64,000 nucleotides of DNA, taken from a bacterium. GTDB taxonomy: Bacteria > UBA8248. A program made the position numbers and the translations under genes. Every line of letters begins with the position of its first letter. Position 1 is the first letter of the stretch. Shown here piece by piece: positions 38,909-48,405 of the stretch. The notes beneath the pieces are model-generated. The model had not been told where the DNA came from. It saw nothing but the letters and a program-made list of their open reading frames with translations, and did not search any database. The stretch is from assembly GCA_965207065.1 (NCBI GenBank), contig OZ242260.1:3040001-3104000 (forward strand), given 5' to 3'.

Positions 38909-40002
38909 TCGGCGAACACTCCTTCGGTCAGGTGCGCGGGGTCGGGCATCGGGCTTTTGAGCGCTTCATCGCGCGCGTCTTCCGCGTCCCTTCTCGCCTT
39001 ATCGTGGGAGGCGGCGACTTCTCCCGCCGTCATGACGCCGAACTCGATGAGCGCCTCATCGAGGCGTTTGATGGGGTCGCGCTCGCTGGTCCACTTCTCG
39101 AAATGCTCCATGTCCACGTAGTCGGAGAATTTGTCGTACACCGAATGGCCCGCGGCGCGCATGGTGATGCTCTCGATCAAGGTGGGGCCGCCGCCCTCCC
39201 TTGCTCGCGCAAGCGCCTGGCTGCACACGTGGTGCACGAGGGGCGCGTTCGTGCCGTCGATGAGGAAACCGGGAAGCCCGTAGCCGGGCGCCTTGAGCAC
39301 CAGGGCGTCGCAGGCGTACTGATCGCTCAGCAGCGTTTTGTAGGCGTACTGGTTGTTGTCGATGATGATGACGAGGGGGAGTTTTCTCACGGCGGCGAAG
39401 TTCACCGCCTCGTGGAAATCGCCCGCGCTCGTGCCGCCGTCGCCGATATAGTTGATGGTGGCCTCGCCCTTGCCGCGCGCCTTGGCCGCCCACGCCACGC
39501 CCGTCGCGATGGGCACCATGGTGCCGATGTGGCTGATGAGCTGGGTGATGCGCTTGGGCCGGTAGCCCATGTGGAAGTTCCCGTCGCGCCCGCCCGAGGG
39601 GCCGTCGGCGCGACCGAAGAAATGCGACATGATGCTCCTGGGTGGATGGCCCTTGGCGAGGTGCGCCCCGCAGTTCCGGTGCATGGGCACGAGCCATTCG
39701 TGATCTTCGAGACACATCGCGCTGGCGACGCTCGCCCCCTCGTTTCCCCTGCCGAAAAAGGCGGTGCCGGGGATGTGGCCTGAGCGGAATGCGGAATCGA
39801 GCGTCTCTTCTACCGCACGCGCGAGGGAGACGAGGTAGTGCATCCGCTCGGCGGTTTCCCTGTCGGGGAGGATCTCATTTTTAGTGAAGCTCACCCAGCG
39901 CGCCTCCAGGCCGTCCACGGCGAGGTAGCGATCGGCGAGATCGGTATAAAAATCGAGGCTGGCCAGCTCCTCGCGGGTGGCGAGGGGGTGATTCGCGTCC
40001 AT
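38905..40002 (-). CDS. 2-oxo-acid dehydrogenase E1 alpha subunit (ThDP-dependent)
   Basis: GDG..S.GDFHEA.NFA...DNNQYA ThDP motif, GGGPTLIE, GHS..D, RDPI. Confidence 0.92.
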   Translation of the reverse strand: MDANHPLATREELASLDFYTDLADRYLAVDGLEARWVSFTKNEILPDRETAERMHYLVSLARAVEETLDSAFRSGHIPGTAFFGRGNEGASVASAMCLEDHEWLVPMHRNCGAHLAKGHPPRSIMSHFFGRADGPSGGRDGNFHMGYRPKRITQLISHIGTMVPIATGVAWAAKARGKGEATINYIGDGGTSAGDFHEAVNFAAVRKLPLVIIIDNNQYAYKTLLSDQYACDALVLKAPGYGLPGFLIDGTNAPLVHHVCSQALARAREGGGPTLIESITMRAAGHSVYDKFSDYVDMEHFEKWTSERDPIKRLDEALIEFGVMTAGEVAASHDKARRDAEDARDEALKSPMPDPAHLTEGVFAE

Positions 40003-40307
40003 GCGGCTCTCCTTGCGCGTGACCGGAGAAAACGACAGACGTCGTGATGCGTCTTCGGGGTCGTCTCCTGTTCTTTACGCGATTAAACCATATTTCGCCC
40101 CGGAATGGATACAGCCTTTGAAACGCGCGCGCTTTGAATATAGAGTTGGCCTCCTGAAGAATGAGTAGAGAATGGACGCGCCTTCACCCAGGTTTTCTTG
40201 AGCGGCGATGCGAATGATCTTTGCGGACCGCGTGTATTGCACGCGAGAGGCGTTGTTGAATTAAGGAGGCGGCGCAAGTCGGCCAGTATTAAAAAAGTGA
40301 GGGAAAG

Positions 40308-41216
40308 ATGAGTCTTCTGGTGGTCGGTTCCATGGCGATTGATTCGGTGAAGACGCCCTTCGGCGAGCGTGAAGAGGCGGTGGGCGGTTCGGCCACTTAT
40401 TTTTCAGTGGCGGCGAGTTATTTCACGGACGTGCGGCTCGTGGCCGTGGTGGGGGCGGATTTTCCCGATGACACGCTCGCGTTCCTGGAAGAGCGGAAAA
40501 TCGACATTTCGGGCATCGAGCGAAGCGACGGGGAGACCTTCCGCTGGCGCGGGGAGTACGGGTTCGACCTGAACACCGCCCACACGCTCGACACGCAGTT
40601 GAACGTATTCGAGCGTTTCTCGCCGAAGCTGCCGGATAATTTCAAAGGCACTGATTTCGTGTTTCTGGCGAACATCGACCCGGCGCTTCAGGCCGCCGTG
40701 CTGGGGCAGGCGAACTCGCCCCGGCTCGTGGCGTGCGACACCATGAACTTCTGGATTGAGGGCAAGCGCGATGAGTTGCTCAAAACGCTCTCGATGGTCG
40801 ATATGGTGGTCATCAACGACGCGGAGGCGCGCGCCCTCTCGGGCGAGGCGAACATCGCGCGCGCGGCGCGCAGAATCCGGGAGATCGGCCCCAAGACCCT
40901 GGTGGTGAAACAGGGTGAGTACGGCGCGCTGCTCTTTCACGAGGACGGCGTGTTCTCCGCTCCCGGGCTGCCGATCGAGGACGTCTGCGACCCCACGGGA
41001 GCGGGCGACAGCTTCGCGGGCGGCTTCATGGGCCATCTCGCCGCAACGGGTGACCTGAGCGAGGCGGGGATGCGCCGGGCGGTCGTTTTCGGCAGCGTCA
41101 TGGCGTCGTTCAACGTGGAATCGTTCAGCTACGACCGGATGCGCGCGCTATCGGCAGAAGAAATAGACGCGCGTTTCCGGTCGTTCAGCGAACTGGCCCA
41201 CTTCGAGCGCCTCTGA
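40308..41216 (+). CDS. PfkB/ribokinase family carbohydrate kinase
   Basis: GGSATY, DTMNFWI, VKQGEYG, DPTGAGDSFAGG. Confidence 0.92.
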   Translation: MSLLVVGSMAIDSVKTPFGEREEAVGGSATYFSVAASYFTDVRLVAVVGADFPDDTLAFLEERKIDISGIERSDGETFRWRGEYGFDLNTAHTLDTQLNVFERFSPKLPDNFKGTDFVFLANIDPALQAAVLGQANSPRLVACDTMNFWIEGKRDELLKTLSMVDMVVINDAEARALSGEANIARAARRIREIGPKTLVVKQGEYGALLFHEDGVFSAPGLPIEDVCDPTGAGDSFAGGFMGHLAATGDLSEAGMRRAVVFGSVMASFNVESFSYDRMRALSAEEIDARFRSFSELAHFERL

Positions 41217-41225
41217 GGACATGCG

Positions 41226-41816
41226 GTGTCGCTCAGGATTATCGGCGGGGCGGCAAGAAGCCGGAGGATACCCTCGCCCGAAGAAACGGGCGTACGGCCC
41301 ACGGGGGAGCGGGTGCGGGAGGCGCTGTTCAACATCTGGGGGGGCGCGGTGGAAGGCGCGCGCGTGCTCGATCTGTGCGCGGGTTCGGGCGCGATATCAC
41401 TGGAGGCGCTCAGCCGGGGCGCGGCCGGTGTTCTTGCCTTAGAAAAAAATCCGCGTCTTTGCGAGGCGATGCGGCGTAACGCCGAGGCTCTTGGCCTGAC
41501 CGATGGCTTCGAGGTGCGCTGCGCGGACGTGCTCGCCGAGATCGGGCGAATTCAGGCGGAATCTTCGCACAGGTTCGATCTGGCCTTCGCCGATCCGCCC
41601 TGGCGCGAAGACGCACTGCGACGAGAGCTTCTAGAGGCCGTCTTTGCGCCCGAGCCGATATGCGCAAGCCTTGTGATGGAGGCTCCCCGGGGCGTCGCGG
41701 CGAGGAGTGAAGTTAGTGGGGCGAGGCTCGTGCGCGAGAGACGATACGGCGATACCTGTCTGCTCTTCTATGAGGTGGATGCGGTGGGTGAGAGTGCCAA
41801 AGATGATGAGTTATAA
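41226..41816 (+). CDS. rsmD: 16S rRNA (guanine966-N2)-methyltransferase
   Basis: LRIIGG, RPT..RVREALFN, LDLCAGSGA..LEALSRGA, DPPW, RRYGDT. Confidence 0.85.
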   Translation: MSLRIIGGAARSRRIPSPEETGVRPTGERVREALFNIWGGAVEGARVLDLCAGSGAISLEALSRGAAGVLALEKNPRLCEAMRRNAEALGLTDGFEVRCADVLAEIGRIQAESSHRFDLAFADPPWREDALRRELLEAVFAPEPICASLVMEAPRGVAARSEVSGARLVRERRYGDTCLLFYEVDAVGESAKDDEL

Positions 41817-42098
41817 TGAAAATTCTTGAGCCTCGATGAGGGGTGAATTCAGGAATTCGTCCATGAAACTTGTGCAAAAACAATGCTTAAAACGAAAGTA
41901 CAAGGCCTGAAGAGGCGAAAATTTAGTGTATGTTATTGATATTGCATGAGTTAAAAGGTTTGCTCAAAAAAGTGTCAATATGGTTTAAGTGACGGAAAAT
42001 AGGGGATTTAGAGGCCCATTTAACATACTTATCCACAAGTTATTCACGGATTCTGTGGGCAAAAAATTACAAAAACTTTATACTCAGGGGAAAGTCTA
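41817..42098. promoter_or_regulatory. AT-rich intergenic region with DnaA-box cluster
   Basis: TTATCCACA 42029-42037, TTATTCACG 42040-42048, reverse TTTTGCACA 41871-41879, weaker reverse TTGCCCACA 42054-42062. Confidence 0.5.
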
Positions 42099-42860
42099 TT
42101 GCCACAACTATTTGATTTAAGCGGAAAGAGGGTTTTGGTCACAGGAGGCGGCACTGGCCTCGGGCGCGCGATGGCTCATGCGCTGGCCGAAGCGGGCGCG
42201 GACGTCGCCCTGGCGGCGAGGCGAAAAGAGAAGCTCGAGGAGGCAGCGGAGGAGATTCGCGCCCTGGGCCGCACGGCCCGCGTCGTCGCCTGCGATCTGA
42301 CGGATCCCGACTCGGTCCAAGAGGCGGCGCGAGAGGCGGAAGATGCGCTGGGGTCCATCGACGTTCTGGTGAACAACAGCGGCGTGAGCGGCGAGGGCTG
42401 GGCCACCGACCTGCCGCTCGAGCGCTGGAACCAGGTGCTGGAGACGAACCTGCGGGGCGCGTTCCTGATGTGCCAGGCCGTGGCGCCGGGCATGATAGAG
42501 CGCGGCGGCGGGGCTATCGTGAACGTGGCATCGGTCGCGGGCTTCATCGGCGTGAAGATGCTCTCCGCCTACTCGGCGAGCAAGGGCGGCCTGATCCAGC
42601 TCACCAAGACGCTCGCGCTCGAATGGGCGAAGACGGGCGTGCGCGTGAATGCGCTTGCGCCCGGGTATTTCCTCACCGACATCAACAGCAAGTTCTTCGC
42701 TTCCGATGCGGGGGAGCGGATGATCAAGGCCCACATCCCGATGGGAAGGGTCGGCAAGCCTGAGGAGCTCAAGGGCGCGATCCTCTTCCTGGCGAGCGAC
42801 GCTTCGAGCTTCATGACGGGTTCGTCTTTGGTTATCGACGGCGGGCAGTACGCGCAGTAG
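42099..42860 (+). CDS. Short-chain dehydrogenase/reductase (KduD/Gno-like)
   Basis: TGGGTGLG, NNSG, YSASK, RVNALAPGYF; TTG start. Confidence 0.92.
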   Translation: MPQLFDLSGKRVLVTGGGTGLGRAMAHALAEAGADVALAARRKEKLEEAAEEIRALGRTARVVACDLTDPDSVQEAAREAEDALGSIDVLVNNSGVSGEGWATDLPLERWNQVLETNLRGAFLMCQAVAPGMIERGGGAIVNVASVAGFIGVKMLSAYSASKGGLIQLTKTLALEWAKTGVRVNALAPGYFLTDINSKFFASDAGERMIKAHIPMGRVGKPEELKGAILFLASDASSFMTGSSLVIDGGQYAQ

Positions 42861-43234
42861 GGGAGGGGGTTTGGGCCGGAGGCTACGGTGCGTTCGTCCC
42901 GGAAATCGAAAAAAACGAAAGAAGGGACTTGACCTCGGCGCGTGCTTGACCCATAAGATCGGTGTTGCTTTTGTGAGGACTTGCGTTATCTCCGCCCGTT
43001 GAGCCGCGCATCCTCGCGTTTGGTTGAGCGATATGGGGTATTGATTCGATGAGGCATCAGGATCGCAGGAGGTCCTGGGGCGTGTTCAAGACGCCCCGCC
43101 ATCCACTGGCTTCTTAGGAAACCAGCGCGTTCACCCGTCTTGCGCGCAAGCGCCCACTCACTCACGAAAACCCGGCGTTCCGCTCAAGGCGCACATTCAC
43201 GAAAACATGAAAATTCCTAAGGAGCCTTGAACCC

Positions 43235-44869
43235 ATGGCGAGACAAGCCACGGCAATACGAAAGAAACCATCCAGAGGCAGAGCCTCGAACAGAATCCGT
43301 ATTTTCGACACCACGCTCAGGGACGGGGAGCAGTCGCCCGGCTGCAGCATGGATCATTTCCAGAAGGTGCAGATGGCGCTTCAGCTCGAAAAACTGGGTG
43401 TGGACATCATCGAAGCCGGTTTTCCCATCGCGTCGAACGACGAGTTCGAATCGGTGCGCGACGTCGCCAAGGCGATTACGAAGACAAGCGTCGCCGGTCT
43501 CTCGCGCTCCGCGCGCGAGGACATCGACCGCTGCTGGGAGGCGGTGCGCCACGCGAAAAAACCTAGGATCCACACCTTCATCGCCACGTCGGACATTCAC
43601 CTGAAGCACAAGCTCAAGATGACGCGCGCGGCGCTTCTGAAGGAGATAGCCGCCTCGGTGCGCCACGCGCGAAAACTCTGCAAGGACGTGGAGTGGAGCG
43701 CGGAGGACGCCACGCGCTCGGACTGGGATTTCCTGGCCGAGACGGTCAAGATAGCCATCGAGGAGGGGGCGACGACCATCAACCTCCCCGATACGGTGGG
43801 CTACATCATCCCGAGCGAGTTCAAGCGCTTCTGGGAGCATATCTTCGAAAAGGTGCCGAGCTATGACGAAGTGGTCTTCAGCGCGCACTGCCACGACGAC
43901 CTCGGCCTCGCGGTGGCGAACAGCATCGTGGCGATTGAATCCGGCGTGCGGCAGGTGGAGTGCACCATCAACGGCATCGGTGAGCGGGCGGGCAACGCCT
44001 CGCTCGAGGAGTTCGTGATGGCCATCGCCACGCGGCGCGATGAGCTCAACTACAAATCGGGGATCAAGACGCGCGAGATCTACCCCACCAGCAGGCTCCT
44101 GACCTCCATGACGGGCGTTCCCGTACAGCCGAACAAGGCGGTGGTGGGCAAGAACGCCTTCGCGCACGAGGCGGGCATCCACCAGCACGGGGTGATATCG
44201 AAGGCAATCACGTATGAGATCATGACGCCCAAGTCCGTGGGCCGTCCCTCGAACACGCTCGTGCTCGGCAAGCACTCGGGCCGCGCAGGCCTCAGGAAGC
44301 GCTACGACCAGCTCGGCTTCAAGATGTCGCGCGAGGACATCACGGCTATTTACCCGCGCTTCATCGACCTGGCGGACAAGAAAAAAGAGGTTTATGACGA
44401 GGACCTGATTGCGCTCTTGCAGCAAAACCGCGCTGAGGGGGGCGAGAACTACTACAACCTCGAATTCCTGCAGGTCACGTCCTCCACCGGCACGCAACCG
44501 GCCTCCACGGCGACGGTGAAGATCAGGCAGGGCGAGGAGGAGTTCTCCGAGGTGAGCCAGGGCAACGGCCCCGTGGACGCGGCCATCAACGCCATCTGCC
44601 GTGTCGTGGGCATCGAATGCCGCCTGGCGGATTTTTCGGTGAACGCCGTCACCCGTGGGCGCGACGCGCTCGCCGAGGTGAACATGATGGTGGAGTTCGA
44701 GGGCGATCTGCAGATAGCGGGCCACGCCACGAGCCCCGACACCGTCGAGGCGGGCGCCAAAGCCTTCGTGAACGCGGTGAACAAGTTCAAGCTCAGCGAA
44801 GACATGCGTAAACCCGCAGTCAAGGGGCGCAAGGCGAAAGAACCCGGCGAGCGCCCGCGCGGCATTTGA
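43235..44869 (+). CDS. leuA: 2-isopropylmalate synthase
   Basis: FDTTLRDGEQSPG, HCHDDLG, NGIGERAGN, AFAHEAGIHQ, LGKHSGR, C-terminal GNGPVDA regulatory domain. Confidence 0.95.
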   Translation: MARQATAIRKKPSRGRASNRIRIFDTTLRDGEQSPGCSMDHFQKVQMALQLEKLGVDIIEAGFPIASNDEFESVRDVAKAITKTSVAGLSRSAREDIDRCWEAVRHAKKPRIHTFIATSDIHLKHKLKMTRAALLKEIAASVRHARKLCKDVEWSAEDATRSDWDFLAETVKIAIEEGATTINLPDTVGYIIPSEFKRFWEHIFEKVPSYDEVVFSAHCHDDLGLAVANSIVAIESGVRQVECTINGIGERAGNASLEEFVMAIATRRDELNYKSGIKTREIYPTSRLLTSMTGVPVQPNKAVVGKNAFAHEAGIHQHGVISKAITYEIMTPKSVGRPSNTLVLGKHSGRAGLRKRYDQLGFKMSREDITAIYPRFIDLADKKKEVYDEDLIALLQQNRAEGGENYYNLEFLQVTSSTGTQPASTATVKIRQGEEEFSEVSQGNGPVDAAINAICRVVGIECRLADFSVNAVTRGRDALAEVNMMVEFEGDLQIAGHATSPDTVEAGAKAFVNAVNKFKLSEDMRKPAVKGRKAKEPGERPRGI

Positions 44870-44878
44870 CGTAAAATC

Positions 44879-44912
44879 AGGGGCGGCCCTGCTGGGGGTC
44901 GCCCCTTTTTTT
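44879..44912 (+). terminator. Intrinsic terminator after leuA
   Basis: AGGGGCGGCCC-tgctgg-GGGTCGCCCCT followed by a T-tract. Confidence 0.75.
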
Positions 44913-44952
44913 CGCGAACAAGCAGCAAGTTTAGTTCGGGGCAATACGAACC

Positions 44953-44978
44953 GGGCGAACACGCAGGTTCGCCCCTAC
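44953..44978 (-). repeat. GTAG-type REP palindrome
   Basis: GGGCGAAC-acgcag-GTTCGCCC-CTAC. Confidence 0.65.
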
Positions 44979-45024
44979 TGAAGCATACACTCCCTCGTTC
45001 ACCCGTACGCAAGGAGATTCCTCC

Positions 45025-46425
45025 ATGACATATCCGGCCACCAGGGAACTGGCGAAGCGAATCGCGGCGGTTCACGCCTCAGACGTCGGCGAGGCGGCCC
45101 GCGCAGGGGCGCGAAACGCCGTTCTCGACACCTTGGGCGTGATTCTGGCGGGCCGGGACGATGATTGCGCGCGTCTGGCGCACCGGCTGGCTGTCTCGGA
45201 AGGCGGCGCTCCCGTCGCGCGGCTGATCGGCACGGAAGAGCGCACGAGCGCCTCCTGGGCCGCCTTCGTGAACGGGACGGCGGGCCATGCGCTCGACTAT
45301 GACGACGTGGATTTCGTGATGCTGGGCCACCCGAGCGTCACCCTCGTGCCGGCGCTCATCGCGCTGGCGGAAGAGCGGGGCATCGGGGGTGCGAGAGTTC
45401 TCGAGGCCTACACGGTCGGCTTCGAGTTGCTGCATGTCCTGGGACGCGCGGTGAACCCCGGACACTACCGCCGGGGCTTTCACGCCACGGCCACGCTCGG
45501 CTCGGTCGGCGTGGCGGGGGCCTGCGCGTATCTGCTGGGTCTGGACGAGGAGCAGACGCGAAACGCATTGAGCCTGGGGGCGAGTGGCTCGGCGGGGCTG
45601 GTGTCGAACTTCGGCACGATGACCAAGCCATTCCACGCGGGCCAGTCCGCACGGGCGGGCCTCGTGGCGGCGAAGCTGGCCGAGGACGGCTTCACGGCGG
45701 CGGAGGATACGCTGGAGACGGGCTTCACGTCGGCCATGGCGGCGGCGGAAATCGGACCCGCCGCGCATGAGTTCGCGGACTGGGAGAGCGCTGTCGCCCC
45801 CTGGGGGCTTCCCTGGGACATCGAAGAGGGCGTCTGCGTGAAGCTCCACCCCTGCTGCGCCATGACGCATCCGGGCATCGACGCCATGCTCGACCTGGTG
45901 AAAAGCGAGGACATCGCTGTCGCCGACGTGGCGGCCTTGGGCGCGCGCGCATCGACCATGACGCTCAAAGTGCTGCGCTACAAGGAGGCGACCACGGGCC
46001 TGGAAGGGAAATTCTCCATGCCGTTCTGCATCGCCTCCGCCCTCGTGGACCGCAAGGTCGGCATCCGCCAGTTCGAAGAGGACAGCGTGCAGCGGCCCGA
46101 AATCGCCGCCCTGCAGAAGCGCGTGGCGTTCGAACTCGATGAAGACATGGCGCGCGAGGACCCCGAAACCGAGGCGGCCGGGGTCTGGGTGAAACTGAAA
46201 GACGGCCGCGAACTCACCCGCTTTTTCCCCCGCGCGCGCGGCCACATCGAAAACCCGATCACCGATCTCGAACTCCGGGAAAAGTTCCTGGAATGCGCCG
46301 CCGGCCTCACCGAAGAGAAGGCCCAGGCCGCCTGGGACGCCTGGCGGCGGCTGGATGAGGTGGAGGACGTCGCCTCCCTGACATCCATGCTGACGGAACC
46401 TGTGCGGGAACCGAGTCCCGTCTAA
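45025..46425 (+). CDS. MmgE/PrpD family protein
   Basis: GHALDYDD, GHPS, GFHATAT, NFGTMTKPFHAG, KLHPCC, KFSMPF. Confidence 0.9.
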   Translation: MTYPATRELAKRIAAVHASDVGEAARAGARNAVLDTLGVILAGRDDDCARLAHRLAVSEGGAPVARLIGTEERTSASWAAFVNGTAGHALDYDDVDFVMLGHPSVTLVPALIALAEERGIGGARVLEAYTVGFELLHVLGRAVNPGHYRRGFHATATLGSVGVAGACAYLLGLDEEQTRNALSLGASGSAGLVSNFGTMTKPFHAGQSARAGLVAAKLAEDGFTAAEDTLETGFTSAMAAAEIGPAAHEFADWESAVAPWGLPWDIEEGVCVKLHPCCAMTHPGIDAMLDLVKSEDIAVADVAALGARASTMTLKVLRYKEATTGLEGKFSMPFCIASALVDRKVGIRQFEEDSVQRPEIAALQKRVAFELDEDMAREDPETEAAGVWVKLKDGRELTRFFPRARGHIENPITDLELREKFLECAAGLTEEKAQAAWDAWRRLDEVEDVASLTSMLTEPVREPSPV

Positions 46426-46438
46426 GAATACAAGAGGC

Positions 46439-46541
46439 GAAGGGGCGACCCCTCCCCGGAGTCGTCCCACAGCCGCGACCACTATCCGCAACCGGGATTT
46501 TCCTTGACGAAGAGCAGGGACAGGTCGCGACCCGTCCCTAC
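46439..46541. repeat. REP-like palindrome pair
   Basis: GAAG-GGGCGAC..GTCGTCC and AGGGACAGG-tcgcga-CCCGTCCCTAC. Confidence 0.55.
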
Positions 46542-46662
46542 GGGCGCGTTTTCTCCTCTCGTAAGAGTCTTCATCCTCGTCCGGGTCGAATCCATTGCCG
46601 CCGCCTGGCGCGAGTAATAAAATCATCGCGCCGTGAGAGAACGCACACGTGGGAGACTAATC

Positions 46663-47979
46663 ATGAACCGAAGGGATTTTCTGCTGGCGTTGGCGGCGAC
46701 GGCGCTGACCCCCGCGACAGGGTGGACGGCGCCCTCGGGTTTCCGCCTCAGGGCCGAGCCCGTCACGGTCCGCCTCCTGCCGGACGGGCAAGGCGTGACG
46801 CGCATGCTCGGGTTCAACGGCTCATCTCCCGGTCCCGAGATACGCGCCCGACAAGGCGGCCGGGTCGCCGTCTCCTTCGAGAACGGGATCGACGGCGCCT
46901 CCGCCGTTCACTGGCACGGCATCCACATCGACAACGCGATGGACGGCGTTCCCGGCCTCACCCAGGCGGCGGTAAAGCCGGGCGGCGCGTTCGACTACGT
47001 TTTCGACGCGCCTCACCCCGGCACCTACTGGTACCACTCGCATGAACGTTCCTGGGAGCAGGTGGCGAAGGGACTCTACGGCCCACTGATCGTCGAGGAA
47101 CGCGACCCCCCGCGCGTCGACCACGACATCACGGTGGTGCTCGACGACTGGCGCCTGACGCGCAGCGGCGAGTTGGAGCCGAATTTCGGGAACCGGCACG
47201 ACTTCTCCCATGACGGGCGGCTCGGCAACTTCGCCCGGGCGCTCCTCTCCCGGGAGGCGGTGCGGCGCGGGGACCGGGTTCGCCTGCGGCTGATCAACAC
47301 GGCGACGGCGCGGATTTTCCGGGTGCGGATCGGCGGCGGCGCCGGCATTGTCGTGGCGCATGACGGGATGCCGCTGGCTAAGCCTGAGCCCCTGGGCGAG
47401 CTGGTGCTGGCGCCCGCACAGCGGACCGACGTCATCCTCGACGTCGCCGCGCCGGTCACCTTCGCCATGGCGACGCGGGGCGGAGCATATGAACTCGGCA
47501 AAATAGCGGCGCAAGGCGTCAACCCCGCGCCCATCGACGCTCCTATCGCGCCCCTGCCGACGGTGGACATCCCGCCGCCGGACCGCAGAAAGGCGCGGCG
47601 GCTCACGCTCGCCATGCAGGGCGGCGCGATGAGCGGGATGGGCATGATGGGCATGATGCGCGGCGGGGATTTCTGGGCCTTGAACGGCCACTCCGGCATG
47701 CCAAAGACGCCCTGGCGGCGCTTCGCCCGCGGGGAGACGGCGCTGATCACGATGAAGAACGATACCGCTTTCCCGCACGGCATCCACATCCACGGCCATC
47801 ACTTCTACGAGGTCGGCGAGGACGGCGCGCCCGGCCATTACCGCGACACCACCCTGGTCGATCCGCGCCGGAGCCGGGACGTCCTCTGCGTGTTCGACAA
47901 CCCCGGCAAATGGCTGATCCACTGCCACACCCTGGCCCATCAGGCGTCGGGCATGAAGACATGGGTCGAAGTCGTCTGA
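46663..47979 (+). CDS. Multicopper oxidase, Tat-exported
   Basis: MNRRDFLL Tat signal; HWHG, YWYHSH, HGIHIHGHHF and HCHTLAHQASGM copper motifs; Met-rich loop. Confidence 0.93.
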   Translation: MNRRDFLLALAATALTPATGWTAPSGFRLRAEPVTVRLLPDGQGVTRMLGFNGSSPGPEIRARQGGRVAVSFENGIDGASAVHWHGIHIDNAMDGVPGLTQAAVKPGGAFDYVFDAPHPGTYWYHSHERSWEQVAKGLYGPLIVEERDPPRVDHDITVVLDDWRLTRSGELEPNFGNRHDFSHDGRLGNFARALLSREAVRRGDRVRLRLINTATARIFRVRIGGGAGIVVAHDGMPLAKPEPLGELVLAPAQRTDVILDVAAPVTFAMATRGGAYELGKIAAQGVNPAPIDAPIAPLPTVDIPPPDRRKARRLTLAMQGGAMSGMGMMGMMRGGDFWALNGHSGMPKTPWRRFARGETALITMKNDTAFPHGIHIHGHHFYEVGEDGAPGHYRDTTLVDPRRSRDVLCVFDNPGKWLIHCHTLAHQASGMKTWVEVV

Positions 47980-48092
47980 CGTGCGAATCGCGTTTGCCGC
48001 GCAAGCGCGTCATCCCGCCATGCCGCCGGAATGACGGTGATTTTGCCGCACTGATCGGGATTAACACCAGATTGTCGACACAGACGAAGAGC

Positions 48093-48118
48093 GGGCGACC
48101 ACGGGGGGTCGCCCCTAC
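48093..48118 (-). repeat. GTAG-type REP palindrome
   Basis: GGGCGACC-acgggg-GGTCGCCC-CTAC. Confidence 0.65.
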
Positions 48119-48405
48119 AAAACATCAATAAATTGTGATGAAGACGAAGGGGTGCTGAGATCGCCCGAAGAGGAGTTCGGCTGGGCCCGCCCGAATCGGG
48201 AACCGCAAACATACTTTTTCTGTGGATTGCCTCGTCCGTGTGGTTGACCCAATCAGGACTGGCGTGGGAGCCGGACAGGTCGCAACTGTCGGGGTTGACC
48301 CCGCATTCTTGACACCATACCCGCTTGATACCTAGCATGGGGTATACGATTTTATCTCATGCCTGCGGGACGCCCGTCGTGCTCGCCCTAAACGGACAAA
48401 CTGAT

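Noticed and set aside
42018-42045. dif site: ATTTAACATAC matches the XerD arm at 10/11
   Set aside because: No XerC arm at the 6-bp spacing; that position holds DnaA boxes
43077-43101. tRNA/selC-like 3' end (GTTCAAG loop followed by GCCA)
   Set aside because: No cloverleaf, acceptor stem or TCA anticodon arm can be built
48148-48272. TPP riboswitch-like words (GGGTGCTGAGA, GCGTGGGAG)
   Set aside because: The ACCTGAT core is missing, spacing is wrong, and the downstream SDR has no evident thiamine link
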